NCBI GenBank assembly: GCA_019323015.1
Contig: JAHWHY010000003.1
Location: forward strand, 29,654 to 93,653
Source: Candidatus Woesearchaeota archaeon
GTDB taxonomy: Archaea; Nanobdellota; Nanobdellia; Woesearchaeales; ARS49
Length of the DNA stretch: 64,000 nucleotides
Direction of reading: 5' to 3'
A model generated the notes under the pieces. The model did not search any database and had not been told where the DNA came from. It worked only from the letters and a program-made list of their open reading frames with translations. Every line of letters begins with the position of its first letter. The stretch's first letter is position 1. Below are positions 51,949-61,262 of the stretch, piece by piece. The translations under genes were made by a program, and so were the position numbers.

Positions 51949-52482
51949 ATGGATCGAGACAAGATACTCTCAAATTGTAGAATCCTATTAGAAGCATATA
52001 AATCGGGCAAGTTAGGTTATATGAAAATGCCTGAAGATTCGCATCCAGAATTTTCAGATGAAGAGTATTTGGATTTTATTGATTTTGTCAGCAAGACAAT
52101 AAAGAAAGATGCACAGAGCATTCTTGATAGCAAGATGCAATTAACGCCTACTGGAAAAAAGACTCCTCCTGTGGGGGTTTATTATAGTAATAAGGCAATT
52201 AAGAAAGAAACCGATAAGAACATGGCAGATATTTCTGATAATGCATTTGGCGCATTAAAGATTTGTAATTTAAACACGAATATTGCTAAAAATTTTGAAG
52301 ATATACGGCACTCTGCAATTTTACTTAAGGCAAGGGAGTCCACGCACGCTGAGTCTTTGCAAAATATTATGGTATTATGCGATAGCATACAAGAAGATAT
52401 TGCGCGCATTAAGAATAACATTAAAAATTCTGATCCTAAAAGTAATACAAAAAAAGAACTTGAAGAGCTTAGGAAAACCTAA
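51949..52482 (+). CDS. hypothetical protein (177 aa)
   Basis: ORF whose promoter and leader are nearly duplicated from the maf upstream region. Confidence 0.5.
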   Translation: MDRDKILSNCRILLEAYKSGKLGYMKMPEDSHPEFSDEEYLDFIDFVSKTIKKDAQSILDSKMQLTPTGKKTPPVGVYYSNKAIKKETDKNMADISDNAFGALKICNLNTNIAKNFEDIRHSAILLKARESTHAESLQNIMVLCDSIQEDIARIKNNIKNSDPKSNTKKELEELRKT

Positions 52483-52488
52483 TAAACT

Positions 52489-52505
52489 GCGAAAAGTTTA
52501 TAAAC
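52489..52505 (+). promoter_or_regulatory. BRE/TATA promoter of pilin-like operon
   Basis: GCGAAAAGTTTATAAAC about 55 nt upstream of ATG 52555, with SD AGAGGTG in between. Confidence 0.5.
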
Positions 52506-52554
52506 AAGTAAGTTAATTTTTCTCTATATATTAGTATTAAAGAGGTGTTTGAGT

Positions 52555-53181
52555 ATGAACAAAAAAGCAGCTTTACAGCTTTCTATAAATGCTATTGTTA
52601 TCTTGATCCTTGCCATCACTATATTAGGTCTTGGCTTAGGATTTATTAAATCGCAGTTCGGCGCCCTGACAGAGCAATTCGGCGCAGTTAGTGCTGAAAT
52701 AAAGTCTTCTTTGATAGAAAAGATAAAAGAGTCTGGCGAGTTATTGGTGTTCAATAGGGCAGAGATTGATGCTAAGATAGGCAAGCCTGAAGAGTTCTAT
52801 ATAGGAATCAAGAACACTGCCTCTGCTAAAGAAGGTTCTGCTACTATATGTTTCAGGTTAGGTGTTAAATGCGTTAGAGCGCTTAAGCCTGAGAATTCAT
52901 GTCCTGGAGGAGAAGCCAGTTTGGTCGGCGGTGTTGATAATGACGGCAATCCTCCTGAGTTCGGCACTTGGTTCAGCATGTTTGATGAGGTTGATATCAA
53001 GCCTGGTGATGTGGGTGTTTATCCTGTGAAATTGCAGATTGCTGCTGCTGTTCCAGACACTTATTTGATGGAGTTCAACGTGTATAAGGCAGAGAGTGAC
53101 ACTGACTGTGCATCAGCTCAGTTTCCTATAGAACCAAGCGACACTTACCAGTCAAAGCAGTTCTTCATCAAGGTGACATGA
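52555..53181 (+). CDS. archaeal type IV pilin-like protein (class III signal peptide)
   Basis: MNKKAALQLSINAIVILILAITILGLGLGF has a short basic N-terminus, a small residue, a polar +1..+5 region and a hydrophobic helix. ATG 52555 is preferred to the track TTG 52549. Confidence 0.6.
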   Translation: MNKKAALQLSINAIVILILAITILGLGLGFIKSQFGALTEQFGAVSAEIKSSLIEKIKESGELLVFNRAEIDAKIGKPEEFYIGIKNTASAKEGSATICFRLGVKCVRALKPENSCPGGEASLVGGVDNDGNPPEFGTWFSMFDEVDIKPGDVGVYPVKLQIAAAVPDTYLMEFNVYKAESDTDCASAQFPIEPSDTYQSKQFFIKVT

Positions 53182-53191
53182 GGGTGATACA

Positions 53192-53410
53192 ATGAAAGCC
53201 AAAAGAAGATTAACAGAACGAGAAGAATTTGAGATCATGAGGATGGTCTTGGATAAGTTCTTGTGGCTGGGAATGGTTATTCTTGGATATGGATTGTATG
53301 TTTCAATAACAAGCTCATTTAATACAGGGATTTGGTATATTGTTGCAGGAGCAGTAGTGCTTGTATTGTTCGCATGGTTTATCATTAAAGAGTTTGAATT
53401 TATCCGATGA
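53192..53410 (+). CDS. small 2-TM membrane protein
   Basis: SD GAGGGTGAT upstream. 4-nt overlap with the next ORF. Confidence 0.5.
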   Translation: MKAKRRLTEREEFEIMRMVLDKFLWLGMVILGYGLYVSITSSFNTGIWYIVAGAVVLVLFAWFIIKEFEFIR

Positions 53411-54774
53411 AAACCAAATTTTTTTTCTTGTTATTTATCTTACTTGCATTAGTTCTCTCTGGCTGTGAAAAAGCAGAGTGTGAACTGGATTCTGATTGTT
53501 TAAAGCCTCATTTTACAGGTGCTTGCCTGGATGGAAAATGTGTATATTCACCTATTCCAGGAGAGTGCGGCAATGGTATTTGTGACGAGTCTGAAACTAA
53601 ATGTACGTGCCCAGCAGATTGTGGTATATGTGCAGGTCCTTCTGGTCCTTTTGAATTGGTTTGTGTTGGTGATTTGTGCTTGGAAGGCATTCCTGATTCA
53701 AAAGTCAAGCCGCAGATATCTACAGAAGAGTTAAGTGCTGGCGGAGATAAGATAAGATTAACAACAGAGTATAACCAGCCTTTTAATGTCTTGAAAGACA
53801 CGTTTAATATCAAGATATCATTATCAACTCCTACTGACAGGAATGCTGACAGGAAAATCAGCAAGATTACTTTAGTTGGTGAAATAGATAGGCAGACAAT
53901 ACCGTTAGCAGAAGTTAATCTTAACAGGCCTTTATGGCCTGGTTCTGAAATAAGCGCAGAATTGATTGTTGATTTCCCTACTGCTGAAAAACAAGGCGAG
54001 GTCTCTAATCTAGAGCTTCAGATAACTTATGATTACCTGACTGGAACTACAACCATGGCTCCTAAGAGTGTTGTTGTTAAGAACAGATATGGCCGTGTTA
54101 CTTTTAATTGGGTAAAGCCTTCTACCCTGTATCCTTGTCCAGAAAGCTGTGATGACGGAAATGCAGGAACACAGGATATCTGTGATGCATCCACCAAGTT
54201 TTTCTGCGAGCACAGGCCTATTCCAGGTGTCTGTGGAAATTATGTCTGTGATGCTAATGAAAATCCTTGTACCTGCCCTGTTGATTGCGGCCCTTGTGCA
54301 GATGGAGGAACATACATTACCTTTGCTTGCATAAATAATGCTTGTGTTGCGCAGTTAAAAGGAGGCATTTCTCAGGAATCACAGTCTTTGTTTGATGACA
54401 GGAAGATTGGAGCATTTCATTTGCAGAATAATTATGATTATCCTGATCCATTTAATGTTGCTGAGAACAAGCTTGGTCTTGATTTTAATATGTATGACAA
54501 GAATGAAGATGTTAAGGATGTTAAGATAACAACTATTCGTGTTTTTGAGGGAACTAATGAGCTTGCTTCTGCAGATCCTAATCTTGCTTTGCCAGACACA
54601 GGCAGCACTGGTCTTGTTGAGATAACTATTCCTCCGCAGGCTCAGCCAGAGATTGCAAAGTCATTAAACCTAAAGGTCTGGTTTGAGTATAAGCAGGCTG
54701 GTGATTTGAAAAAGAGCAGTTATTCCAAGCCGCTTGGCAAGATTACTTTATTGAGTCCTGGTGTCCCAAAATGA
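53407..54774 (+). CDS. secreted lipoprotein-like protein with two Cys-rich modules, each followed by a beta-rich domain (internal duplication)
   Basis: LVLSGC lipobox-like site. PIPGECGNGICDESETKCTCPADCGICAG and PIPGVCGNYVCDANENPCTCPVDCGPCAD. Confidence 0.6.
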   Translation: MKTKFFFLLFILLALVLSGCEKAECELDSDCLKPHFTGACLDGKCVYSPIPGECGNGICDESETKCTCPADCGICAGPSGPFELVCVGDLCLEGIPDSKVKPQISTEELSAGGDKIRLTTEYNQPFNVLKDTFNIKISLSTPTDRNADRKISKITLVGEIDRQTIPLAEVNLNRPLWPGSEISAELIVDFPTAEKQGEVSNLELQITYDYLTGTTTMAPKSVVVKNRYGRVTFNWVKPSTLYPCPESCDDGNAGTQDICDASTKFFCEHRPIPGVCGNYVCDANENPCTCPVDCGPCADGGTYITFACINNACVAQLKGGISQESQSLFDDRKIGAFHLQNNYDYPDPFNVAENKLGLDFNMYDKNEDVKDVKITTIRVFEGTNELASADPNLALPDTGSTGLVEITIPPQAQPEIAKSLNLKVWFEYKQAGDLKKSSYSKPLGKITLLSPGVPK

Positions 54775-55382
54775 ATAAGAAAGGTTTTGAATTATCTGCA
54801 ACCGTGATTGTTTTGCTGGTTATCACTATTGTTATTTTTATGGGCTCCTTGTTTTTCTTGAAAAAGTTTTTTTATGGTGCTGAGGAGATTAAGGGCGAGA
54901 TTGAGCGCTCTACTCAGGAGCAGATTGAAAATTTGCTTAGGTCTGGTGACTTGGTTGCTATTCCCTTGAACAAAAAAACCATTAAAAAGGGTAATGGCGC
55001 TGTTTTCGGGCTTGGCATACGCAATATTGGTGCTGCAAAGGATTTTACTGTTATTTCGAATTTTTTCAGGGCGTTTGAGATTGACGGCAAGACAGATATT
55101 CCTGCAGATCCGTATTATATTAATGATAATTGGCTGCTATACTCTGAGGGCCCTTACAAATTAGACTCAAATGAATTAAAACTTGTTCCTGTCTCTATCA
55201 CTGTGGATCATGCTATTGACGATTTAGGAACATCTACCAAAGCAGGCACTTATATCTTTAATGTCTGTGTCTTTAAGGGCGATATTGCAATAGATTGTGA
55301 CTTAGAGATGTTTAAGTCAACTGGTTTTCCAGAAGAGCTTTACAATAAGAAAGTTTATCAGATGCTTGTTGAAGTTCCTTAG
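54771..55382 (+). CDS. archaeal type IV pilin-like protein (class III signal peptide)
   Basis: MNKKGFELSATVIVLLVITIVIFMGSLFF. 4-nt overlap with the preceding ORF. Confidence 0.6.
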   Translation: MNKKGFELSATVIVLLVITIVIFMGSLFFLKKFFYGAEEIKGEIERSTQEQIENLLRSGDLVAIPLNKKTIKKGNGAVFGLGIRNIGAAKDFTVISNFFRAFEIDGKTDIPADPYYINDNWLLYSEGPYKLDSNELKLVPVSITVDHAIDDLGTSTKAGTYIFNVCVFKGDIAIDCDLEMFKSTGFPEELYNKKVYQMLVEVP

Positions 55383-55927
55383 AATAATTTTCTTCTTTTT
55401 GGCGGAGGAGGTCTTGGTGTCTCTCCTTCATAAACTCTTTTGAATCTCTGGTGCAGCCAGTCAAGTTTCTTGCTTATTCTTTCCCATCCTAGCATGTCAT
55501 ACATGCTTACCATATGGGTGAATACCCTGTCATAATTTTCAAGTGTTAATTCTCCGCGTATTGAACCATCGCATAATCTGCCTTGCCCATAATAAGGAAA
55601 ATGTGTTGTGGTATCTTGCTTAGGTGCTGTAAAGCCTTCTGCTGTCAAGAATTGGTCAAATTGTGCGCTTGCTAAGTATGGCGGGTGTGTTATCTCTAGT
55701 AATATCCTGAAAGTTTCATCCTGGAATCTTGGAGGAAATCTTGGTTTACTTTTGCCTTTTCTTGCTCTTGGATGATTGATTATAAGATTTACTAATGGAG
55801 GATATCTTTCTTTTGCTGCAGTCAAATAATCTATATGTACAGAGTAGTCTCTATAAACATATCCACTGGGATGATGCTTTAGTTCATCATCAAGAATTTC
55901 CATTAACTGCCTTGCTTTTCGTTCCAT
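55379..55927 (-). CDS. hypothetical protein (182 aa)
   Basis: ORF only. Pro/Arg-rich C-terminus. Confidence 0.5.
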   Translation of the reverse strand: MERKARQLMEILDDELKHHPSGYVYRDYSVHIDYLTAAKERYPPLVNLIINHPRARKGKSKPRFPPRFQDETFRILLEITHPPYLASAQFDQFLTAEGFTAPKQDTTTHFPYYGQGRLCDGSIRGELTLENYDRVFTHMVSMYDMLGWERISKKLDWLHQRFKRVYEGETPRPPPPKRRKLF

Positions 55928-55950
55928 AATTAAAAAAAATAAAAAAAGCT

Positions 55951-56673
55951 TTATTCAAGCTTTTTCTCTACGACTTTTTCAAAAGCCTCAAATGGCTGTG
56001 CACCAACAACTAATTCATCTTCAATTAACACGCTTGGTGTTCCTTGCACTCCGACTTTTTGTCCTTCTGCCAGGCTTTTCTTGACTTTTTCTGCATATTT
56101 GTGCGTGTCAAGGCATTCGTTAAAGTCATCCATGTCTAATTCAAACTCTTCTGCATAGCCTTTCAGGTCTTCTTCAGTCATAGCCTGCTGGTTTTCAAAG
56201 ATCTTGTCGTGCATTTCCCAGAATTTTCCTTGGTCATGCGCGCACTCAGATGCTTCTGCAGCTAGTTGTGCATGTGCGTGAAATCCTAGTGGAAAGTGCT
56301 TGTAGTAGAACTTTGCTTTTCCAGTGTCAATGTAGTTTTCTTTTATCTTTAGCCATGCCTGCTGTTCAAATCTTGAGCAGAATGGGCACTCAAAGTCATC
56401 ATATATGACCATTGTTATTTCTGCATCTTCTTCTCCTAAGAATGGAACGCCTTCTAGGTCTATGTCATCAACTGTCAACTGTGGTTCTGGTTCTTTTGGT
56501 TCTGCGTCTTTTTTGTCTTCTTTTGGCACATCTGCTGGCGCAGCTGCTGTTGGAGTGTCTCCTCCAAATCCAAATCCGTGCGTGAATATGCTTATTAGCA
56601 GTAGCACGAATAATATTCCAGAAACTCCTTGCCACAAGGTTATTTTACTTATCTTTATTTCCCCGTCAGTCAT
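55951..56673 (-). CDS. membrane-anchored DsbA-like thiol:disulfide oxidoreductase
   Basis: N-terminal TM segment, CPFC active site (DFECPFCSRF), GTPSVLI cis-Pro loop. Confidence 0.85.
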   Translation of the reverse strand: MTDGEIKISKITLWQGVSGILFVLLLISIFTHGFGFGGDTPTAAAPADVPKEDKKDAEPKEPEPQLTVDDIDLEGVPFLGEEDAEITMVIYDDFECPFCSRFEQQAWLKIKENYIDTGKAKFYYKHFPLGFHAHAQLAAEASECAHDQGKFWEMHDKIFENQQAMTEEDLKGYAEEFELDMDDFNECLDTHKYAEKVKKSLAEGQKVGVQGTPSVLIEDELVVGAQPFEAFEKVVEKKLE

Positions 56674-56740
56674 TATTTACTCACCCCAAGTATTTGTTGA
56701 ATAAGGAAAAGGTTAGTGGTTTTTAAAGGTTATGTTTTAC

Positions 56741-57178
56741 TCAGTCTATTAGCTTGAATCCTGTATAGCTTGCTGAGTAACTGCCTATCATTCCCAGTCC
56801 AAAGCCTACTGCATCAATCCAGTCTGTTTTCATGTCACTTAGCACTAATAATTCAAATTCTTCCTGCTCCTGTTCTGCTTCATTTCGTAGTGCGTTCTTT
56901 AAGCAGCCCATCAGTTTCCATTCTGCAAGTAATGCCTCATTTTGTAAGAAGTGTATGTGGCCGTCAAAATCTATTTTGTCCAGGGCTCTTTGATACAGCA
57001 CTGTTCTTGGCCCCATTACATATAGCAGTCCTTCTTTCTTGTATGTTCTTCCTTTGTATTTGTCTTTGAACCAGGTGTGGACACCTTTTATTTTCCTGTC
57101 CCACACAAGCTCTACTTCTATGCATAGGTTGCTTTCCTGGTCTTCTCTAGTTAGAATTATGTCCTCCCAATCCACCAT
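56741..57178 (-). CDS. hypothetical protein (145 aa)
   Basis: ORF only. Confidence 0.45.
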   Translation of the reverse strand: MVDWEDIILTREDQESNLCIEVELVWDRKIKGVHTWFKDKYKGRTYKKEGLLYVMGPRTVLYQRALDKIDFDGHIHFLQNEALLAEWKLMGCLKNALRNEAEQEQEEFELLVLSDMKTDWIDAVGFGLGMIGSYSASYTGFKLID

Positions 57179-57192
57179 TAGAATGCATGAGA

Positions 57193-57780
57193 TTATCTTT
57201 TATTTAAGTCTTTTGTTAGCTCTGCTAGTTTTTTTGCTGGCTGTTTTGCTTTTGCAACTGCTGATGCAACTAAAACCCCTTTTGCACCTAATTTTAGGGC
57301 TGTTTTGATATCTTGTCTTGTGTTTATGCCTGCTCCGCAAAGGACTTTTGTTTTTACTGCTTTTACAGTATGTTCTATTAATTCAGGCCTTGCTTTTGAG
57401 ACAGATATCTTTCCTCCTATCAGCTCTTTTGGCTCTACTGCAATATAGTCTGGCTTCATCTTGTCTATTTCTTTAGCTCTTTTTGTGTTTGTGCAGCAAA
57501 CCACTGTTTTCAATCCAGCTTTTTTTGCTATTTTTAATCTTCTCTTTATTGTTTTGTTAGAAATCGGGTGGTCAGAGTGATTTAATAGTGTTCCTTTTGC
57601 TTTTTTGTAAGGCACTTTATCCTTGATGTATTGATAATACACAGGTGTTTTTACTTCTCTAGAAACAATAGGCACATCTTCTGGCAATACTGCGCATATT
57701 GCTTTGTATTTCTCGCAGGTTTTTGCTAGTTTTACAGCCTCTTTTCCTGTCTTATACTTCTTGAAATTGATTATTATCAT
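57193..57780 (-). CDS. tpiA: archaeal-type triosephosphate isomerase, unusually short (195 aa)
   Basis: IIINFKKY, TLLNHSDH, YIAVEPKELIGG, VLCGAGI, GVLVASAVAKA. Confidence 0.75.
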   Translation of the reverse strand: MIIINFKKYKTGKEAVKLAKTCEKYKAICAVLPEDVPIVSREVKTPVYYQYIKDKVPYKKAKGTLLNHSDHPISNKTIKRRLKIAKKAGLKTVVCCTNTKRAKEIDKMKPDYIAVEPKELIGGKISVSKARPELIEHTVKAVKTKVLCGAGINTRQDIKTALKLGAKGVLVASAVAKAKQPAKKLAELTKDLNKR

Positions 57781-57786
57781 TTTCCT

Positions 57787-58137
57787 CTACTCGGATAGGC
57801 TGACCTCTAGATCTCCAGAATCACTTAATGAAAACAATAAAGTGCCTCCTTTTTCAAAATGAGTATTTACTTTATCTAGATATTTTTTTGATTCTTCTTT
57901 GCTCATGTTGTCTTTTAATGTGTATATGCGTGTGGCAAGTGTTGCTGTGACTGAATATTCATCTGCATCAAATTTTTTATTAAGCTCAATTAGTATATCA
58001 AATGCATCTGGTTTTATCATTATCTGAATGCCAGAATGTATTTTTCCTTCAATTGTGTCATAAGGCCATGTTTCTTGGTCCATATACTGATTACACCTGG
58101 TAAAATTATAAATCTTTCTATATTTCCTGCCAAACAT
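57787..58137 (-). CDS. hypothetical protein (116 aa)
   Basis: ORF only. 6-nt gap upstream of tpiA. Confidence 0.45.
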   Translation of the reverse strand: MFGRKYRKIYNFTRCNQYMDQETWPYDTIEGKIHSGIQIMIKPDAFDILIELNKKFDADEYSVTATLATRIYTLKDNMSKEESKKYLDKVNTHFEKGGTLLFSLSDSGDLEVSLSE

Positions 58138-58172
58138 TCAACTTTAAATACTTTGCCCTTATATATACTTGT

Positions 58173-59678
58173 ATGAAGAAGGAATTAGCAATCATCGCTG
58201 TGCTGGTTATATTTGTTTTAGTGTGGAACCCGCAGTTTGAGTATGATGAAAATCTGTCTATTGACCCAAATTATGTTTTAGATGCAGCTGGTATTGATAA
58301 GACTGATTATTTCAATTCTTTGATTGATGATTTTAGTGGGACAAGAAATCTTTGGGCAAAGGGGGATGCCTTGCTTGTTTTAGCTAGATTAGATAATAAT
58401 AAGGATTATTACAAATATGCTTGTGACAGTTTTCATAGTTATTCTCCTGATACTGATGAAGAAGCAGCTATTTTGTATGAGACTTTTGCAAGCTTGAATT
58501 GCAAGGGAACTTGGCGAGGGGATCTTAGGGATGCTGCGTATTACTGGAATAATGTTGGCGTCAGGTGGCGTGCTGATATTCTTGAGGCTCTTGCAGATGA
58601 AAAGCCTTTAGCACTTGAGTTTGACACTTCTGAAATCAGGCCTGCTTTAGAAATTATTAATGCAGAAGAGATTACTATTGGAAATACAGAGGTTGTTGTT
58701 GAGGAAGATGATGTGATTGTTTCTCAGGTTGACAGGGTCTTGAGAGACTGGCTTGGATTGCAATTAATGCAGTCTCCTTTTGATGGAGAAATATTAAGAG
58801 TTTTCTCTGAAAAATTAACTTATTCAGAAGATGAATTAAGAGAGGATATTGGCTGGCATGAAGGCGGAAGATTATGGGATATTGAGAATATTTTGGATGT
58901 TGAGCACATTCCTGCTGTTGGCACTTTAGTTGCAAAAAAAGACAATAAATGGTATGCTCCTGATGAAAATGGTGTTTTCAGGTTTGAGGTTCCTCTGGAT
59001 AAAGTATCTTACCCAACTACAAGGTTCTTGACAGCGGATTTGGCTGTGGTTGTTGATTCTCATGGCATGAACATGCTTGTTGAACAGGCTGTAAGAAACA
59101 AGGCAGATGTTGTTATTGCCTGTTGTGACCATCCTGGAAAGATTAAGGCTGTTGAGTATCTTTCTGAAAAAGGAATCTCTGCTATTTGTTTTACTGACTT
59201 GGATTTATACCTCGCATTAGGTCATGATGTCAATGCAGTTGGCAGTGCGCCTTTTGAATTCAAGGATGATAAATTGGTTTTTGGTGGCAAGCCAATTACA
59301 ATAAGAACCGGGCAGGAAGTTATTGTCACAAAAGCAGATGTTGGAAAGACTTATGCTATCTGGTATTATGATACTCCTTATAGATACTTCAGTGAAGTGA
59401 GCAAGACTTTTCCATTGGAATTAATTACAATTACAGTTGATGATTTCAAGCAGACTCATAAAGTATATGATGCAGCTAGAGAAGCTCATGCAGACACAGT
59501 AGCTTCAAGAGTCTTCAACAAATATGATTATAATCAAGCAAAAGCTTGGTTAGAAGAATCCAAAAGCCACAAGTTAATTCTGTTCCATTCTATATCTTAT
59601 CCTTATGGAATTTTAATTTCTCAGGAATTCCCAGAACAAGTTGGTTTTGGGGATGTTAATATTAATCGAAACATATAA
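58173..59678 (+). CDS. membrane-anchored hypothetical protein (501 aa)
   Basis: N-terminal TM segment LAIIAVLVIFVLVW. No family recognised. Confidence 0.55.
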   Translation: MKKELAIIAVLVIFVLVWNPQFEYDENLSIDPNYVLDAAGIDKTDYFNSLIDDFSGTRNLWAKGDALLVLARLDNNKDYYKYACDSFHSYSPDTDEEAAILYETFASLNCKGTWRGDLRDAAYYWNNVGVRWRADILEALADEKPLALEFDTSEIRPALEIINAEEITIGNTEVVVEEDDVIVSQVDRVLRDWLGLQLMQSPFDGEILRVFSEKLTYSEDELREDIGWHEGGRLWDIENILDVEHIPAVGTLVAKKDNKWYAPDENGVFRFEVPLDKVSYPTTRFLTADLAVVVDSHGMNMLVEQAVRNKADVVIACCDHPGKIKAVEYLSEKGISAICFTDLDLYLALGHDVNAVGSAPFEFKDDKLVFGGKPITIRTGQEVIVTKADVGKTYAIWYYDTPYRYFSEVSKTFPLELITITVDDFKQTHKVYDAAREAHADTVASRVFNKYDYNQAKAWLEESKSHKLILFHSISYPYGILISQEFPEQVGFGDVNINRNI

Positions 59679-59715
59679 ATACTCTTTTTCTTAATTCTAA
59701 AGATAAAAGAGGTAT

Positions 59716-60429
59716 ATGATGAGCTACTTAATACTAGTAAGACACGGAGAGTCCAGGTGGAATCTGGCTAATAAGTTCTGCGGCTGGGTTGATGTTCCTT
59801 TGAGTGAGAATGGCATCAAGGAGGCATTAAGTGCTGCAAAAAAATTAGAAGGGTTGACTTTGGATGTTGCTTTTACTTCTAAACTTGAAAGAGCGCAGGA
59901 AACACTGCTATTGATTCTTGCTAAACAAAAATTCACCGGCATCTTTCTTCATAACACTGGCAAGATGGCTAAGTGGTCTAAGCATCCTCATAAGCTTGAA
60001 AAGAACGAGATTCCCATCTATTCTGACACTGCTTTGAATGAAAGATATTATGGCAGACTGCAGGGCATGAACAAGGATGCTGCAAGAAGAAAATGGGGAA
60101 AGCCACAGGTTTTCAAGTGGAGAAGAAGTTATGATATCCGGCCTCCTGGCGGCGAATGTTTAAAGGATGTCTATAAAAGAACAGTTCCTTATTTCAAAAA
60201 AGTAATCATGCCGCACATAAGAAAAAAGAAGGATGTCATCATATCTGCTCACGGCAACAGCTTGAGAGCTTTAATTAAATACCTGGATAATATTTCTGAT
60301 GAAAAGATTCCTCACCTAGAACTTCCTACTGGAAAACCTATCATATACAAGTACACTAAAGGAAAATTAATCAAGGAAAAGCATAAGCATTCTTTCACAA
60401 GGCCTGTTCATTGGACTAGAAAGCCTTAG
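59716..60429 (+). CDS. gpmA: 2,3-bisphosphoglycerate-dependent phosphoglycerate mutase
   Basis: LILVRHGESRWNLANKFCGWVDVPLSENG, ERYYG, ISAHGNSLRALI. Confidence 0.9.
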   Translation: MMSYLILVRHGESRWNLANKFCGWVDVPLSENGIKEALSAAKKLEGLTLDVAFTSKLERAQETLLLILAKQKFTGIFLHNTGKMAKWSKHPHKLEKNEIPIYSDTALNERYYGRLQGMNKDAARRKWGKPQVFKWRRSYDIRPPGGECLKDVYKRTVPYFKKVIMPHIRKKKDVIISAHGNSLRALIKYLDNISDEKIPHLELPTGKPIIYKYTKGKLIKEKHKHSFTRPVHWTRKP

Positions 60430-61154
60430 TGTGACAATATTATCCCTATTGCAACAAGTATTCCTGCTAATAATGCAAGTAAAGTGTATCTTTTTCCTTC
60501 TTGTTTTACTTCAGGCAATAAGTGTGTTGCTCCTACATATATCAAGGCTCCTGATGAAAGCGCAAGCAGTGCTCCTAGTGGCGCCCCATGCAGTCTAGAA
60601 ATAAAAGGGTATGAAACTAGTGCGCCTATTGGTGTTGATATTGCTGCTGCAATAAAAGAATACCATGCAGCCTTGTTTTTCTTGAATCCTCCTCTTAGAA
60701 GTAAAAGATATGTTATTATTCCTTCTGGAAATTCGTGCAATACCATGCCTATTGCTGCGAGTATTCCTGTGTATATGCTTACGCTGAATGTTACTGAGTA
60801 TATTATCCCGTCAATAAAAGAATGAAAGCCTATGCCGAGCATTGGTATTATTCCAAATGCTTTTTTTCTTGTCTTTGCCGGCTCTCCGTGGCTGTATCCT
60901 ATCACCAATCCAAATATATGCAGCAAAAGAAATCCTGCCAATAGATATATCGGCCCTTGTGCATTCATGACAAATGATTCTGGAACAAGATGAAGGAAAG
61001 ACACTGCAATCAATACACCTGATGCAAATGCCATTACATATGCTATGTATTTTTTGCCTGTTTTTGCATGCTTGTTTATCAGGTATATTCCTAAAGATGT
61101 TATCAGGCATGCTGTTATGCTTGCGATTGCAACTGCCAAGAATGTACTTCTCAT
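60426..61154 (-). CDS. ZIP-family divalent metal transporter (ZupT-like)
   Basis: HSFIDG and LHEFPEGIITY metal-binding motifs; 8 TM pattern. Confidence 0.85.
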   Translation of the reverse strand: MRSTFLAVAIASITACLITSLGIYLINKHAKTGKKYIAYVMAFASGVLIAVSFLHLVPESFVMNAQGPIYLLAGFLLLHIFGLVIGYSHGEPAKTRKKAFGIIPMLGIGFHSFIDGIIYSVTFSVSIYTGILAAIGMVLHEFPEGIITYLLLLRGGFKKNKAAWYSFIAAAISTPIGALVSYPFISRLHGAPLGALLALSSGALIYVGATHLLPEVKQEGKRYTLLALLAGILVAIGIILSH

Positions 61155-61262
61155 TTTATTCCTCTTTTTTTATGTTGTATTGCTTTAATGATATAAAAGC
61201 TTTTCTTAGAACAAAACATTTTTATATGCTTTCACTGTTATCCTGCAAAAGACGGTGATATT

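Noticed and set aside
51309-52784. Minus-strand ORFs 51309-51623, 52182-52421 and 52524-52784
   Set aside because: They are antisense to the maf gene, the 177-aa ORF and the pilin-like gene respectively. They show low-complexity hydrophobic translations and have no start signals.
55379-55450. C-terminal PPPPKRRKLF of the 182-aa protein resembles a eukaryotic nuclear localisation signal
   Set aside because: This is a short basic peptide in an archaeal cytoplasmic protein, which is far too weak a basis for a host-targeting claim.
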